This document shows, in pieces, positions 13,014-26,500 of a DNA stretch of 64,000 nt (positions are counted from its first letter, which is position 1; the number at the start of each line of letters is the position of its first letter). The stretch lies in contig OZ316892.1 in NCBI GenBank assembly GCA_973895155.1, positions 20,709,619 to 20,773,618 on the forward strand. The letters are read 5' to 3'. The notes below the pieces were generated by a model. The model ran no database searches. It was not told the origin of the DNA and saw only the letters and a program-made list of their open reading frames with translations. Origin of the DNA: Marsupella aquatica. Lineage: Eukaryota; Plantae; Marchantiophyta. The position numbers and the translations under genes were made by a program.

Positions 13014-13400
13014 CTTGGCTTGTGTGAGTAGTGAGCTCACGACCCACAGGTGGTGAGGTCTTGGCTTGAGTGAGCAGTGAGCTCACGACCCACAGGTGGT
13101 GAGGTCTTGGCTTGAGTGAGTAGTGAGCTCACGACCCATAGGTGGTGAGGTCTTGGCTTGAATGAGTATTGAGCTCACGACCCACGATCCATGAGGTTTT
13201 GATTTGAGTGAGAAGATATCCCACAACCCATGGTTCGTGAGTCATGTGGGTATGTCTGGGTAGGCATGTACCCACAACCCACGGTCTGTGAGGGGTCTTG
13301 ATTATTATTGAGTTTGGGGGCGGATAGCCTACGACCCATGGTCCATGTGGGATCATCTTGAAAGCTTGGCTTGCACCCACAACCCACGGCCTGTGGCCTC
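13014..13400. repeat. 46-bp tandem repeat (4 copies plus degenerate units) in the Copia 5' leader
   Basis: cttggcttgagtgagtagtgagctcacgacccacaggtggtgaggt at 13014, 13060, 13106 and 13152, then decayed cccacaaccca..gg units to ~13400. Confidence 0.9.
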
Positions 13401-14324
13401 TCAACGGATTTTGATTTCGGCTTTCAGTATTGGACTCCTAGCTTCGTGGGCTACGCGGCGGTGTTGAGTTTTGAGTTTTGTGAGAAGTTTCGAAAAAAGA
13501 CGTTTTCTCGTGATTGTTTCATATGAGTGACTCGGAGGATACTGGAAGAATTGGCATCGGCGGAGCTTTAGGATCGCAACGATCAGACAAAGAGTCTGAG
13601 GAGGAGCTGCTACCGTTTTAGGAGGAACTAGTGACACCGGTGCGACGTGCAGTGGAGGAAGCTGTGTTACTACCAGAGCTGTCGGTAGTTGGAAAGAAGA
13701 GGGAGATGGCTAGATTCGGAGGAGTGAAATTTGAGGTGGAAAAGTACGATGGTCGTACTGATTACTTGCTGTGAAAGAAGCAAGTGAAGGGTGTTCTTCG
13801 TGCAATGGGCTTAACTCATCTGCTTTCATCGCGAGAGCAGTATGATGGAGAGGAGGAGATTTCTGTGAGACAATGGAGACAGGAGCAAGTGATTGCTGTC
13901 AATGCAGTGATGCTATATCTCAAGCCGCACATCATCAAGCAGCTGGATGATTATGCGGATTGCGCGTCACTGTTCAAGGCTCTACGAGAGAAGTACTACC
14001 GGGAAGATGCATCAGACCAGCTATACAAGAAGTCTCTCTTGATGAGCCTCAGGCTCAAGGAAGGGAGCAAGATGCAGGATCACCTGGATGAATTTGACAG
14101 TCTTGCGGTGGATTTGTCAAACCTGGGAAAAGGAGTTGAAGATGAGGATAAGGCCTTGCTTTTGCTAAGCTCCTTACCGTCGTCTTATCAGGGCTTGAAA
14201 CAGGTTCTCTTGTACTGAGATCTGAAGTCCATTTCGTATAATGAGGTGGTGAGCTCATTACTGTCTGATGATGCTCAGAAGAAGCTAGATCAATCACAGA
14301 CAACATCTTCTTCTGGCACTGCGC

Positions 14325-14652
14325 CTCGGGGGGGTCACTATATGGAGGGTCATACATCGCGTGCGACGTTTTAGGGTTTGACCCCCCTAACTTTAAAGTG
14401 AAAAATATTTTTTTGCAAAGCCCTTTCTTTCTTAAAATTTTGTCATTTTTTATTAAAAAACCTCTAAAAACTTTATAGAAAGTATTTTTTGCAATTAAAT
14501 AGGCCTATGTGTTCTTTAAAGTCGACCAATCAATAAAACATGCCCTATGTGTTCTTCCACCAAACTTTGGAAGTCTTCCGCCACACCCATTTAAATGGGC
14601 CTATACTTCGTCGCACGTGATGTGTCACTTCCGTGGAAGTGACCCCCCCGAG
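14325..14652. mobile_element. MITE (328 bp) with ~15-bp TIRs and 8-bp TSD, nested in Copia gag
   Basis: TIRs ctcgggggggtcact ... agtgacccccccgag. TSD cactgcgc at 14317-14324 and 14653-14660. The interior is AT-rich and non-coding. Confidence 0.95.
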
Positions 14653-17509
14653 CACTGCGCTCAATGTGAACAGGGGAAGAGCAACGCAGCGCACGAATGG
14701 ACATAATAGGTTTAGATCTACATCACGGGAGAGATCTAAATCCAGAGGGAAATCGCAAGAGAGGAAGCCTCTTGCATGTTGGAATTGTGGCAAGCCTGGC
14801 CACATGAAAAGGGATTATCGAGTAAAGGTCCCTACTGCCTCTGCTAACGCGGCATCGAACTCGCATGAGGTAGATTTACTCGATGATGATGACATATTGT
14901 GATGTCAAGGTTATGCTCTCAACGTAGTGTCAACTCCAGGTAGTGATGACTGGATTCTAGATAGTGCATGTACTTTTCACATTTGCTCTAGGAGAGATTT
15001 TTTCAGTTCTTACACGATTTCCAACGGGTCAGTGTTGATGGGAAATGGAATCCCATGTCAAGTTGTTGGACTTGGATCTGTTAGATTTCAGATATTTGAT
15101 GGTGTTGTGAGAACGTTGAGGAATGTGAGACATATTCCCAGCATGATGAAAAATCTCATTTCACTTGGAGTTTTACAAGCAAATGGCCATCAGTGGAGTT
15201 CTACTAATGGTGTCCTTCAGGTTTCAACTGGTACTAAAGTTGTATTGAAGGGAAAGAGACATAGCAATCTATACGTTTTGGAGGGCAGTGTAGTCTGTGA
15301 TCAAGCCAATGTAACCTTATCTCATGAGGAGACGGCCCGGCTGTGGCACTTTCGTTTGGGCCACATGAGTGAAAAAGGTTTGGCTATTCTTTAAAAGAAA
15401 GGATTACTTTCTAATTTACAATCTTGTAAGTTGGAATTTTGTGAGCACTGTGTGCTAGGGAAGCAGCACAGGAAACCCTTTGGAGTTGGAACTCACACCA
15501 GCAAGGAGGTACTTGAGTATGTACATAGTGATGTGTGGGGTCCAGCCCCTACTCCCTCACATTATGGATGGTTATACTATGTCACGTTCATAGACGATTA
15601 CTCAAGGTATATGTGGATATACTTTCTACACAATAAGTCTGATGTTTTTGCCACTTTTAAGGAGTGGAAAGCCCAAGTTGAGAATCAGACTGGTAATAAG
15701 GTGAGATATCTTCGATCGGATAATGACGGTGAATACAGTTTTGGGGAATTTGGAATGTATTGTAAAGAGCAGGGGATTACCCGTCATCTCACAACAAGTT
15801 ATACTCCTCAGCAGAATGGTGTTTCTAAGAGACTCAACCGAACACTATTGGATCGCTCGAGGAGTATGTTGAGTCAATCATGCTTACCACATGAGTTTTG
15901 GGCTGAAGTTGTCAACACTGCAGCTTATTTGGTAAATTTTTCTCCATCCAATTCTATTGGATTCAAGACGCCATTTGAAATGAGGTACGGGCGTCCAGCA
16001 GATTACTCACATCTAAGGATTTTTGGATGTGATGCTTATGTCCTTACACCTTCCCAGCTTCGATCCAAGCTGGAGTCCAAGTCAAAGAAGTGCATTTTCC
16101 TTGGCTATCAGAAAGGTGTGAAGGGTTATAGGTTATGGGATCCAGTAACCTGTAAGCTAATTGTCAGTAGAGATGTGTCCTTTAATGAGTCCAGATCATC
16201 AAAGGAGGGGGAGAGTTCTCAGGACTCCCATACTGACAAGGGGAAATCTCCCATCCCGGACCGGGTTGAGGGGGAGATTAGTCATGATGATGTTCATGAC
16301 AAGAGAGATGGAGAAGCTCCAGGCTTGGAGCTGGTTTGTGTGATGGAACAAGAGGAGCAGATTGTTGTTGGGGTACCTCAAATTCAGCCAGCAGCAGCAG
16401 TAGATCAGCCTGAGTCATCTACTAGAAGAAATTCCAGTCATTCTACTAGAGCTCCTATTAGGTATGGTCAGTGGGTAGACTCATCTAAGCTAGATGATAT
16501 TGACATTGCACCTAATGAAGATGATATGGCTTTGATCTTGGAAGAAGGAGAGCCTTCTTCGTACAATGAGGCTTGTGCTTCAGAGCAGAAGCATGAGTGG
16601 AATGCAGCAATGCAGAGGGAGTTGCAATCTTTGAGTGACAACAAGACATGGGAGCTGGTGGAGCTTCCAAGAGGTCAACAAGTGGTGGACAACAAGTGGA
16701 TTTACAAGTTAAAGGACAATCCTTCAGAGGGTGGAGATAAGATCTACAAGGCAAGGCTTGTTGCCAAGGGATTCACTCAGGAGAAAGGAGTGGATTACAA
16801 TGAGGTCTTTTCACCGGTGGCTAAGTATTCCACAATTCGGATCTTGTGTCAGCTTGTTGTGTTTTTTAATCTGGTGATGGATCAGATGGATGTTGTTACT
16901 ACTTTTCTCTATGGCAACTTGGAAGAGTTGATCTTCATGAGACAGCCACTAGGCTTTATGAAGAAGGGCCAAGAGAACTTAGTTTGCAAATTGCTCAAGT
17001 CCTTGTATGGATTGAAGCAATCTCCCAGACAGTGGAACAAGTGGTTTGATGATTTCATGCTTGCTCAAGGTTTTACAAGGATGGTGTATGATCCTTGTGT
17101 GTATACGAAATCAGTCAAGAATGATGTATTTGGTTTCATCATTCTGGTGATCTATGTGGATGACATGCTGATTGTGGCTAAAGATCAATCTGAGGTTAAC
17201 AGTCTCAAGGTGAAATTGAGTGTTGAATTCAGGATGAAGGATCTTGATAAGGCCAAGAGGATCTTAGGGATGGAGATTGTTAGGAACTCTGATACTGGAC
17301 AGTTGTGCTTGAGTCAAGGCCAGTATGCGAGGAAAATACTTGTACGATTCAACATGGAGAACTGTAAGCCAGTGAGTATTCCTTTAGCTTCACATTTCAA
17401 GTTATCATCGGCTTTCTCTCCTACGGATGCTGTGGAGAAAGGTCTGATGGCTAAGATTCCTTATGAGAAGGCAATAGGCAGTCTGATGTATTTCATGACT
17501 TGTACTAGG

Positions 17510-17806
17510 CTCGGGGGTCTCACTATATGGGGACCTCCCCATCGCCTCCGACGTTTTTAGGCCTCGGACCCCCTAAAATGTAAGAATTTTTTTTTATTTT
17601 TTAACCCCTATAAAGTTGGAATATTCTTGGAATATTCTAAAAATTGGATTAAAAAGACCCTAATGTTCTTATAAGTATCAAAATTGAATTTAAAAGACCC
17701 TATTGTTCTTCTACAAAAATTCTTAAGTCTTCCCTTAGAACCAATAAAATGACCCTATCTTTCGTCGCACGTGATATGCCATTTTTGTGGAAGTGAGACC
17801 CCCGAG
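17510..17806. mobile_element. MITE (297 bp), same family as 14325-14652, nested in Copia RT
   Basis: TIRs ctcgggggtctcact ... agtgagacccccgag. TSD gtactagg at 17502-17509 and 17807-17814. The second Copia copy shows the empty site (tcaggcctagtacaag at ~62481). Confidence 0.97.
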
Positions 17807-19661
17807 GTACTAGGCCTGACTTGGCCCTAGCGATGGGCAAGGTTAGTAGATTCATGTCAAATCCAGGGAAGGTACATTGGGAAGTTGTGAAATGGATTGT
17901 CAGGTATGTGAAGGGAACACAGGACTATGGATTACTATTTGATAACAGATCAGATAGAACGTTAGTTGGCTATGTAGATTCTGACTATGGAGGCTGTCTG
18001 GATACAAGGAGGTCTACAACTGGGTTTGTATACACTCTTGGAGGAGGATGTATCAGTTGGAAATCTACCTTGCAGAAGTGCATTTCTCAGTCTACTACAG
18101 AAGTAGAGTATGTTGCAGCAGCAGAAGCAGCAAAGAAAGCAATTTGGTTGGATAAGTTGATTGCGGAGATGGGTTTAGAGCATGGAAAAATGACTCTAAA
18201 CTGTGATAGTCAGAGTGCTCTTCACTTGGCTGCTAACCAGGTGATGGATAGCAGGGTGAAGCACATTGATATCAGGTACCATTTTATCAGGCAAGCAGTG
18301 TCTGATAAAACTTTTGGGCTAGTCAAGATTGATGGAAAGCTCAATCCCGTTGATGCCTTTACCAAAGTGATTCCTTTGGAGAGTTTCTCAAGACATCGTG
18401 CTACTTTGCAGGTTTTGCAGTTGTAGTGCAAGTAGAGTTATGTAGCAATGTGTGACTATTTGTATATGGATTACTCATTCCTGTTTGGCTACGGCTTAGT
18501 TCTAGTTAACCCTTAGTTAACCCTTATGGTTTTTAGGGGGAGACCTGGTTTGGTGATTGTCTAGAACTTCCCGCTGAGGATTCCATATGGTAGCATTTAG
18601 TCCAGTCCCCAAGACAAGAGTCAAGGGGGAGTTTGTTAGATATTGCTCTAGTCTTGTGACTCATGAGCTAACCATAGTTAGTCTAACTCGGGTTAGGACT
18701 TAGCTATTGTTAGCGGTAGTGCTGTTGTGTATATAGCCAGGGCTGATGCCAGATCCTGGAGGAACTTAGGCTCATTGTTACGGAGCTAGTTGAGAGATAG
18801 GGAGAGCTTGTGATGTGGATGCTTGGTATGGCCGGTCGGCCTAGAGTGCAGTAAAGCTCTTGTGTGTTCCCGTGGACGTAGTCTCATGTGGAGGTGAACC
18901 ACGTATCTCTCTGTGTCGACTATTGTGCGTTGGATGATTCATGGGCTTGCCGTTATGAATGTCGTCTATGCTCAACAGGTCACCCATAAGGATTCTATCC
19001 TAGCCGTAAATAAGTTTTATGTCCTGAGCTGTAACTCAGGTACAACTGTGCTTTGACACCCCTTATTGAGACCCTGAACTAAACACCTAGCATGCCAGCA
19101 TTCACTGAGTGAAAAACATAGTACTGTTAGAATGTGTGGAAACCATAGCCATGAGAATGGAGCAAATGAGATGTGAAAACAACAACTCACTTGGTTTCAA
19201 CCGCTTTCTATAAAATATAGGTCATTGGGTGCAATGGTAACTCTGGTTAGGACTATGGTTAGTCTAACCTAACCTAGCATATACTTGTATTATAACACTT
19301 ACTACTATGTCATTTGTGCCCTCTCTCGAGCGTTAATAACACACTGAATAACGGCGAGAAAAGCTGTCGACAGAGCTGAAGAATTGCAAGGCAGGAATCG
19401 TAATAGAGCAAGGCGAAATCAAATGGCATCACCGCAACACAGAGCGAGCTAACGACTGCGGGCGCAGGACCTGTTCGACTGCCAAACCTCGACTCTCGAG
19501 ACAGCTCTTGCTGCTGCTGCTGAGCTCGGAAGACCCGGATAGATAGCTTCCAGCAACGAACCTAGTGCTGTTTTTGTTGATATGTTTTGAAGGAGAAGCT
19601 TTCTCGCGAGTGTTGCTTTGACAATCGCCATTTGCTTTGTGTATTTCCCCCGGTGTTCCCG

Positions 19662-22090
19662 ATGGCCCGGGCATATGCTTTCACTGCCGCTCTTATCATA
19701 ATACTGAGCTACACGCGCTCAGGTGATTTGTCTTCAAGTTCTCATGATTTCATGCTTCCTATGCAATTCTGTTCCGAGAAAGGTGCAGAGAATCCACGAA
19801 TTTTTTACTGTAAGAGCTTTTGAGAGATGTTCAGTGCGGGAGTATCGTAATCGGAACTAGCATGATGGGCCCGGAAATGCAGATGCGAGTGACGAAGTGG
19901 TTGAAAGGACGCTTGCCATGATCAAGCCCGATGGAGTGAGGGCGGAAAACACAGACGCCATTAAGCAGATAATCGAAGCGGATGGATTCAGGATCCTTGC
20001 GGAGAAGGAAGCCCTCTTGGATGAAGCCGGAGCGCAGTTGTTCTACAGAGAACATTCAGAGAGAAGCTTTTTCCCGCAGCTTGTCGAATTCATGACCAGG
20101 TCTCCTTCGAGAACCTTCTCCTCTATCATCAACTGTGAAGAAATTAATGACGAGTTGTATAGGTTGGTCGTCTTGTTGGAAACTAGAGGTATTGAGGATG
20201 ATTTGACCTATGCTTGAGCTTAATCGAATTAGGTGCTTCTCTGCTGATTATTGTGCAGTGGTCCAGCTCGAGTATTGGTGTTGGAGAGGCAAAACGCAAT
20301 CAAGGGCTGGCGTGCACTGATAGGCCCGACGGACTCCAACAAGGCCAGGCTCGAAGCTCCGAACAGGTTCGTTATCAATCTCTGTGCTTTGAGCTCCGAT
20401 TTGCTCCCAAATTTCATAGACTAGATTCGTTTGAACTTCCCTTCCTCCGAATTCAAGCGTTAACCTGAGTTAACCTTCAGACTAGACTCGCTCCACAAAG
20501 GCCTCCATGGATTTCGAAAGGTACTGTAATCGTGGGTTTAGCCTTGTGAGACAGAAAACCTACCAGTGCGTCCTGTGCGTGGGATTTTTTATGTGAACGT
20601 AAAGGATGCAACGCGAGGCAGGGATTAGTATGATCTGGAACATAAGATAGACGGAATTGACTTTTTCCTGTCCAATCTTCGATTCTCTTTCAACGAGCGC
20701 AAACGATGCAATCTGGCTATTCTAAAATGAGCTCGTTTGTCAAACAAGTGTCGATGTTCAATGTTTTTGTCAGTGAATCCGTCTTCTCCAAGCCTTGGTC
20801 CTAGAAACGAAATTTCAATTTGTGTTTTCTATTCTGCCAAAAGATACTGCAACCAATTTTCTGTAATAAGCTCCGTATGCGTACGGTCTCCAGGAGTTCA
20901 ACCTGGGACTCATGTGCAATCTACTAATGTAGGAATTTCAGACAAGGGACAATCATCACAGATGATTACACATCGGCATTGTCGCTCCCGATGTTGATTT
21001 GGCATTTTCTTTTGTGTTCGTGTTCGAGTTCTCTGTTCTTTTGATTTTCTACTAGATTTTACGGTTCTCTCTGGACTCTTTTCTCCGTTTTCATTTTTTG
21101 TTGTTGGCTCTGTTTTAGTAGATTGGTCCTCGTCTTCTGTCTGTCAGATAAGAGTGTGGCACTCGTTGTACCGTATGGAAAAGGAGGAAAAGGAAGAATA
21201 TGATATTCTGATATTCTGATACAGCGTGCGGGCGAAGTTTGGATTAGACGGGCAGAGCAATTGTGTGCACGGATCTGATTCCCCGGAAGCTGCTGCTCGG
21301 GAAATTGCTCATTTCTTCGATGTCTTCAGTCCAGGTGAGCCTTTCGTCCTTCTTTTTCTTCTCCTGCTTTGACCAGCAAGCGAGCCCGTTTGATACTTAT
21401 GCTGTAGTTGGGAGCATGATGAAGTCTATAGTAGTCTCCTATGAGCATCCTCCTAGTGAACATACCGCGAAAGAAATGGAAAATTCAATTGAGAGCATGA
21501 TGGAAATGTGAGTGCGTAGTGAAGTCTGTCTAGTTTCTTGTAATTTCGCATGAGTGAATGTAATTGAGAGCTCAAATCCACCTTATTTTCCTAGGATTCG
21601 TCTATGAGTGAATGTACTGTCTGAGATACGGATAATTGAAAACATAATAAAGTCTAAATTTTGTATGATCTTTCCACTAGTGAATGCCTTGTATCAGAAG
21701 TGAATAATTGGGAGCATAATGAACTTCTACACTCTTTCTATGATCTTCCTACGATTGGATGTCCGGTGGAGCGATGCTAATCTGGAAATCCACAACGATT
21801 ATTTATTGTAACAATGTGGAACACACCAGCTCTTCTGAGAAGGAAGGAATTTTTCGTGTCAGTTGGTGCTGTCCAATGAACATCACAAAACATCTGTGAC
21901 TGCAGCAGACTTTCGATACAAACGCACGAACCAAAATATGAGCAGACAGACATTCAAGCAGATTTCTTTTCAGAAAGCCTTTGAAATCGATTCGTCTATT
22001 CTTGAATAATTGAAGAGCTTAACATATATGTATCTCACAGCAACAGAGCACGAGGCTGAGTGGACAACCGAAGCACACGACGAGCTCTGA
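19662..22090 (+). CDS. ER-luminal (type IV, NDPK5-like) nucleoside diphosphate kinase, 5 exons, 181 aa
   Basis: Exons 19662-19722, 19883-20099, 20259-20366, 21225-21334, 22041-22090 (546 nt, phases consistent). N-terminal signal peptide MARAYAFTAALIIILSY, motif ERTLAMIKPDG, catalytic NCVHGSDS, C-terminal HDEL-stop. Confidence 0.93.
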
Positions 22091-22936
22091 GAGCCAACGA
22101 AATTTGGCGCACCGTTCGTTCACCCGGGCAGCGGCGAAAACATGAGGCGATTACCAGCGGACAAAGAGAACGTGGCCGTCATATTCAGTCCACGGCTTAA
22201 AAGCTGATCTCAGTTACCGGGAAACAAGTTGTGGGTGAAGTTTGGACACGATTTGTAACCTATGAAGTCACCATGGATCCAATCTTGTTCTCCATGATTT
22301 GTTTGAAGTGTTGTTACTGAGTTTCTTGTAATCGAGAGATTCAATCCGAGAGTTATCTTCTAGAACGCTTGTACAGTAAAGAGTTGCCAGTTTTGATTCA
22401 AAGAGGGTCCTGTTGAGTAACGTGTCCAACTATGTTCACAAAATTAGGAATTTCCAGTGAAGCTGCTCAATATCTCTGTTCCAGACTACCACCGAGCAGT
22501 CGAATCGGCACAGCCCACCTTTGTTCCGTTCTTAGAGTTATGGGGAATTCCACTGCCATGTACTTCAGACGGTTCGGACACGAATTGTCGAAATTGAAAA
22601 TGACAAGAGTTTCGAGACTGAAAACGTTGCCTTACGAATATGTCGATGAATCGAGTTTCTATATCGTATTTGCAAGGACTTTTCGGAGTTGGAGACGTCA
22701 TGTCATCATGGTCTGCTTCTGCTCAGTGGTTCTGATTCCTTTTACTAGCTTGCAATCAATCCCGACCGTAAGGACACTTAGTCTGGACACGATCTGCAGT
22801 TTAGTTGCCAAATGGATAGTGCAAATTGCAAACAATGAGCCCTAGCTCTCTTATAATGTCAGTTGCAATTCAAACGCAATCGCATAGCTTCAATCGACTT
22901 CCTCTTCTCACAACTTGTAAGCATACCTCCTATGTG

Positions 22937-23280
22937 AGAAATAAAGCTTGTGAATCATTCAGCTGTTCCACTGTTCGTCGTGTTATTGATCAGCTCGACG
23001 GACGGACATTCAGAGCATTGTCAAGATTGAAATTGCTCGTGTAATAAATAAGCATGCGAATCATTTCAGCTGTTCCACAGCTCGTGTAATAAAGAATCAT
23101 GCGAATCATTCAGCTGTTACACAATTCGTCGTGTGATTGATCAGCTCTAGGAGACAGAGATTCAGAGTATTGTCAAAATTGAAGTTGCTGGTGTGATAAA
23201 TACAGCATGCGAATCATTCAGCTGTTCCACTGTTCGTCCTGGAGACGGACATTTCAAAGAATTGTCAAGATTGAAATTTC
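22937..23280. repeat. Imperfect tandem repeat (~110-bp units plus partial units)
   Basis: gcgaatcattcagctgttcca...ttgtcaagattgaa recurs at ~22950, 23056, 23100 and 23209. Confidence 0.85.
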
Positions 23281-23565
23281 CAGCTCTAGGGTATGTCCAA
23301 CTAGTTTCGATATAGTTGGATTCCATTCAAAAAGGCAGGGACACCAACCCAGCAGGGAAGAGGTCGACGTGCCAAAAAATAGGCGGGGCCTGTACCAGTG
23401 AAGAAGCTGGGCTTCCGAAGGAGGCAACTAAACAAGCAATTTAAGATACTACAGTCGGAGCAGCGCACCCCTAACGACCGGCCAGCTCAGGTTCCGGCGG
23501 GATTCCTTCCAGTGGGTCCGTGAAAGAGTGTTGACTCATTCAGTCAATCTGTAGTGCAACTTCAA

Positions 23566-26500
23566 GATCGGACTCGGTAGGTGGGGATCACGGAGGCCGT
23601 GGGGGGAAAGGTGGGACTTGAAGAATGCCTTCATGTGTATAGTTTTGATATAGTTGCTTGGAAACGAGTTCTGATCGTGGTCCGTCTTGATTCCCAACGT
23701 CACGACAGTAAAGAAACGTTTCCCCCGACAGACAGAGTTCATGATCGCAGATGCACTTGGCACAAGCATGACTTTCCTTGTTACCACCGACACCGAGATG
23801 AAAAATCTCGGGCTGACCAGAAGCAGGTGTTTCTTTTCAAGGAAATAGACTCAGCAAACCAGCGTGAGTGATTTCTCAAAGGGGAAGAACCGGATCGCAG
23901 AACGCGATTCAGCTCTTGTCAGTTTTTAAAGCTATGCCTTCAAATTGTCTGTTGTAGAACAGTACGGAGTTCATACCTGTCAAATGTAAAAATTCGTTCA
24001 AGTACATTCTGACCCTGTTAAGCAGTTGAGAGGAATTTCAGCGATTGACCGTGGAACGCAAAGTGGTCTAAGATATGAAGGAGAATACCAGTGTTTTTTC
24101 AAGTGTCAAAACTTGACCTATGTTGATAAAAATCCTATGGGCAATCGGCGAGGCTGACTTTGAAAGAAGGGTGAAGGAATGGGTCATCCGTAAAAGGATA
24201 TGGATTCTTGTTCGACAAACACCAAAATTGCCTTGACATACATGCCTTACTTAAAATCGTTCCACACATCCGTTCTTTCGTCCTTTGAGAAATGTAAGCT
24301 AATTTCAAAATCGATCATTCATATAGAGGTGTCCGCTGTTTCCAAAATGTTAAGCAGCAATCCAGAAGTATCCATATATTCATTTGTTCTGCTGTGTGAA
24401 CTTTCGACGGACTTTCACATCAACCTCTGACTGACGCCATGGGGTCTCGTGAAAGAAACCTTTAGTACCTGTGTGCATAATTAGGTCTGACTACTCATTT
24501 TCTCTATTTCCAATTTTCCATAGCCCTTCCAATATTTTCCATAGCCCTCAAGATCGAGACGTACTCTGCTGCACGTACTCACAGGAATCCTGCACGTATC
24601 TTCGGATAGAAAGGTTCTAACCTCAGATCCGGAAGCCATTCAAGATCGACACCTACTTTGCTGACTTACTGGTCCTGCATGTATCTTCAGATAAGATGGT
24701 TCTAGCCTCTGATCCCACAACCATTCAAGATCGACACTGACTGTGCGGACCCTACAGGAATCCTGGCTGCATGTATCTTCCGATGAAAAGGTTCTTACCT
24801 CAGTTGTCGAGTGCACGGATTTGGAAGCCTTTTGAGTACATAGGTTGTGTTCCCACTTCCAACCCAGGTAGAGAATAGTCAATGACACTACAGTACTGTA
24901 TCCCTGTAGCATCCCGTACGCACGTTCCGATCGTAAATTATTGTCAAAAAAGTCTGACGGGACGTACTGATACTTAACAGAGTTGTAAGAAGACTGACTT
25001 CTTCACACATTCCCTGACATTCTGTCGGGCGAGCTGTGACAGTCGATGTTGCTTATAGTCACCATCTATGTAGCCGCATCATCGCTGGCTCACGCACCTA
25101 TGAGAGGTCGTAGATTTCTTATGAGTATGAACATTATCATCTCAGGCGCGTTTGCTAAAGAATTGGTGGATTGACACTCGCAACGCAAATTTCTGTTACC
25201 CTCTTGCTCAATGGCCTCGAGCACCGTTTTGCAATCGGGAGATCTCTATCAGAACTCGGGAAATTCAGCTGCCGCTGTCACCGTTCCGTGGTGTCTGCTC
25301 TCCACTAGTCTGTCTGGTAAACCCATGTCTCCCAAATTGGAACAATGCAAGTCGATTGAAAAACACTCTCAGAGTTCTCTTTCTCTCCTTGGTGAATCGG
25401 TCTCCTTCACATCTTGCCGGCTGCGGAGAACGTAGGTCCCAACTCCTCGAGACCATGAACCCCATAATTAATTGGTCTGATTCTTTCTTCGAAGGAAGTC
25501 GTTCCCATATCTTCATAACGCCCCTGTCATCCATGAACCGAATAGTGCGATTCCGTGACGAACGCATGGCCTCTCGGAACGTTCTCGTTTGTTATCTAAT
25601 GATCATCAAGTCTTTTGGAGCAGCTGATGTTCGGATGCCATAGCTGCCAAAGATAGAGAACTCCTTTCGTGACCACTTTCTTCGTGGTTCTCTTAAATTG
25701 GTCCTTCAGATTTTGCGGATGACCTGGCTTCAGTCTTCTCAAATGGTCGTGAGATTTATCCTCGGTCGACGCTCTCTTTGCCATGATCCAATGCCGTCGT
25801 TTGACAAATCTCCAATCCTCGGAAAATTTGTCCCAACTTCACCAAAGGCAGCAGCCCCTCTTTCAACCGTGATTTCCGACCTAGCCCAGTCGACCTTCGG
25901 TGTTAAAATTGCCTCGCTGATTGCTGACACGGACTCACGGCAATGTTTCCCTCCCCAATTATCTCATCGATCACCACAAGGAATTGAACAACTCAATGAG
26001 CCCAGTACAGCAGGCATCATTCAGCTCTAGAAGGAATGCTTCTGTGAACAGAACAGAAGGTAACGTTAAGAATGAAATCATAGCAACACCCTTTCGGATG
26101 TAGAAAGTATGTTAAGGTGAATCATGCTTTTAGTTACATCGCCTTGGTTCCATTGAATCGACCTTGACAAGTTTAGCGTTGCTTCTTCGTTTCGGAAGGT
26201 CACAAGAAGCAAGCAATACTTAGCTAAGAGACGACTGCAATGCAATGATTTTTGTGACTAAAATTGAGACGAAACGGAAGGGTACATTCTCCTGTCCAGG
26301 ACAACTTCTATTTGGGTCCAGACCTCAGCATACTGAGTGCGCGGATATATCTGAACCCGTTTCATCGAAACTTCAAATATGGTACGTCTGGACTCTAGTC
26401 CAACATCTGCCTACCGGTAGAATCTCCATACAGCAGCAACTGAATTAAGATAAAACATAATGTCCTACTCGCCTGCAACGCCCTTACCTGCTCTGATCGA

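Larger units (their letters stand above)
13706..18426 (+). pseudogene. Copia gag-pol, broken by premature stops and two MITE insertions
   Basis: ATG at 13706 (MARFGGVKFEVEKYDG). Zinc knuckle CWNCGKPGH, protease WILDSAC, integrase HSDVWG/TPQQNG, RT YKARLVAKG/YVDD and RNase H CDSQSA/KHIDIRYH are all present. Stops at ~13772, 14216, 14900 and 15392. Confidence 0.95.
11904..18977 (+). mobile_element. Full-length Ty1/Copia LTR retrotransposon (inactivated)
   Basis: 5' LTR 11904-12247 and 3' LTR 18634-18977, both 344 bp, TG...CA, with 6 mismatches counted by eye. TSD GGTCA at 11899-11903 and 18978-18982. PBS tggtatcagagc (tRNA-iMet) at 12250-12261. PPT aagggggag at 18623-18631. Domain order is GAG-PR-INT-RT-RH. 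Confidence 0.98.

Noticed and set aside
19125-19297. Possible short solo LTR (tgtta...taaca) with slight similarity to the Copia LTR start
   Set aside because: No TSD, no adjacent PBS/PPT and no second copy in the window.
19835-19882. Upstream acceptor for NDPK exon 2
   Set aside because: It introduces an in-frame TAG at 19858-19860. The acceptor at 19882 gives an open frame.
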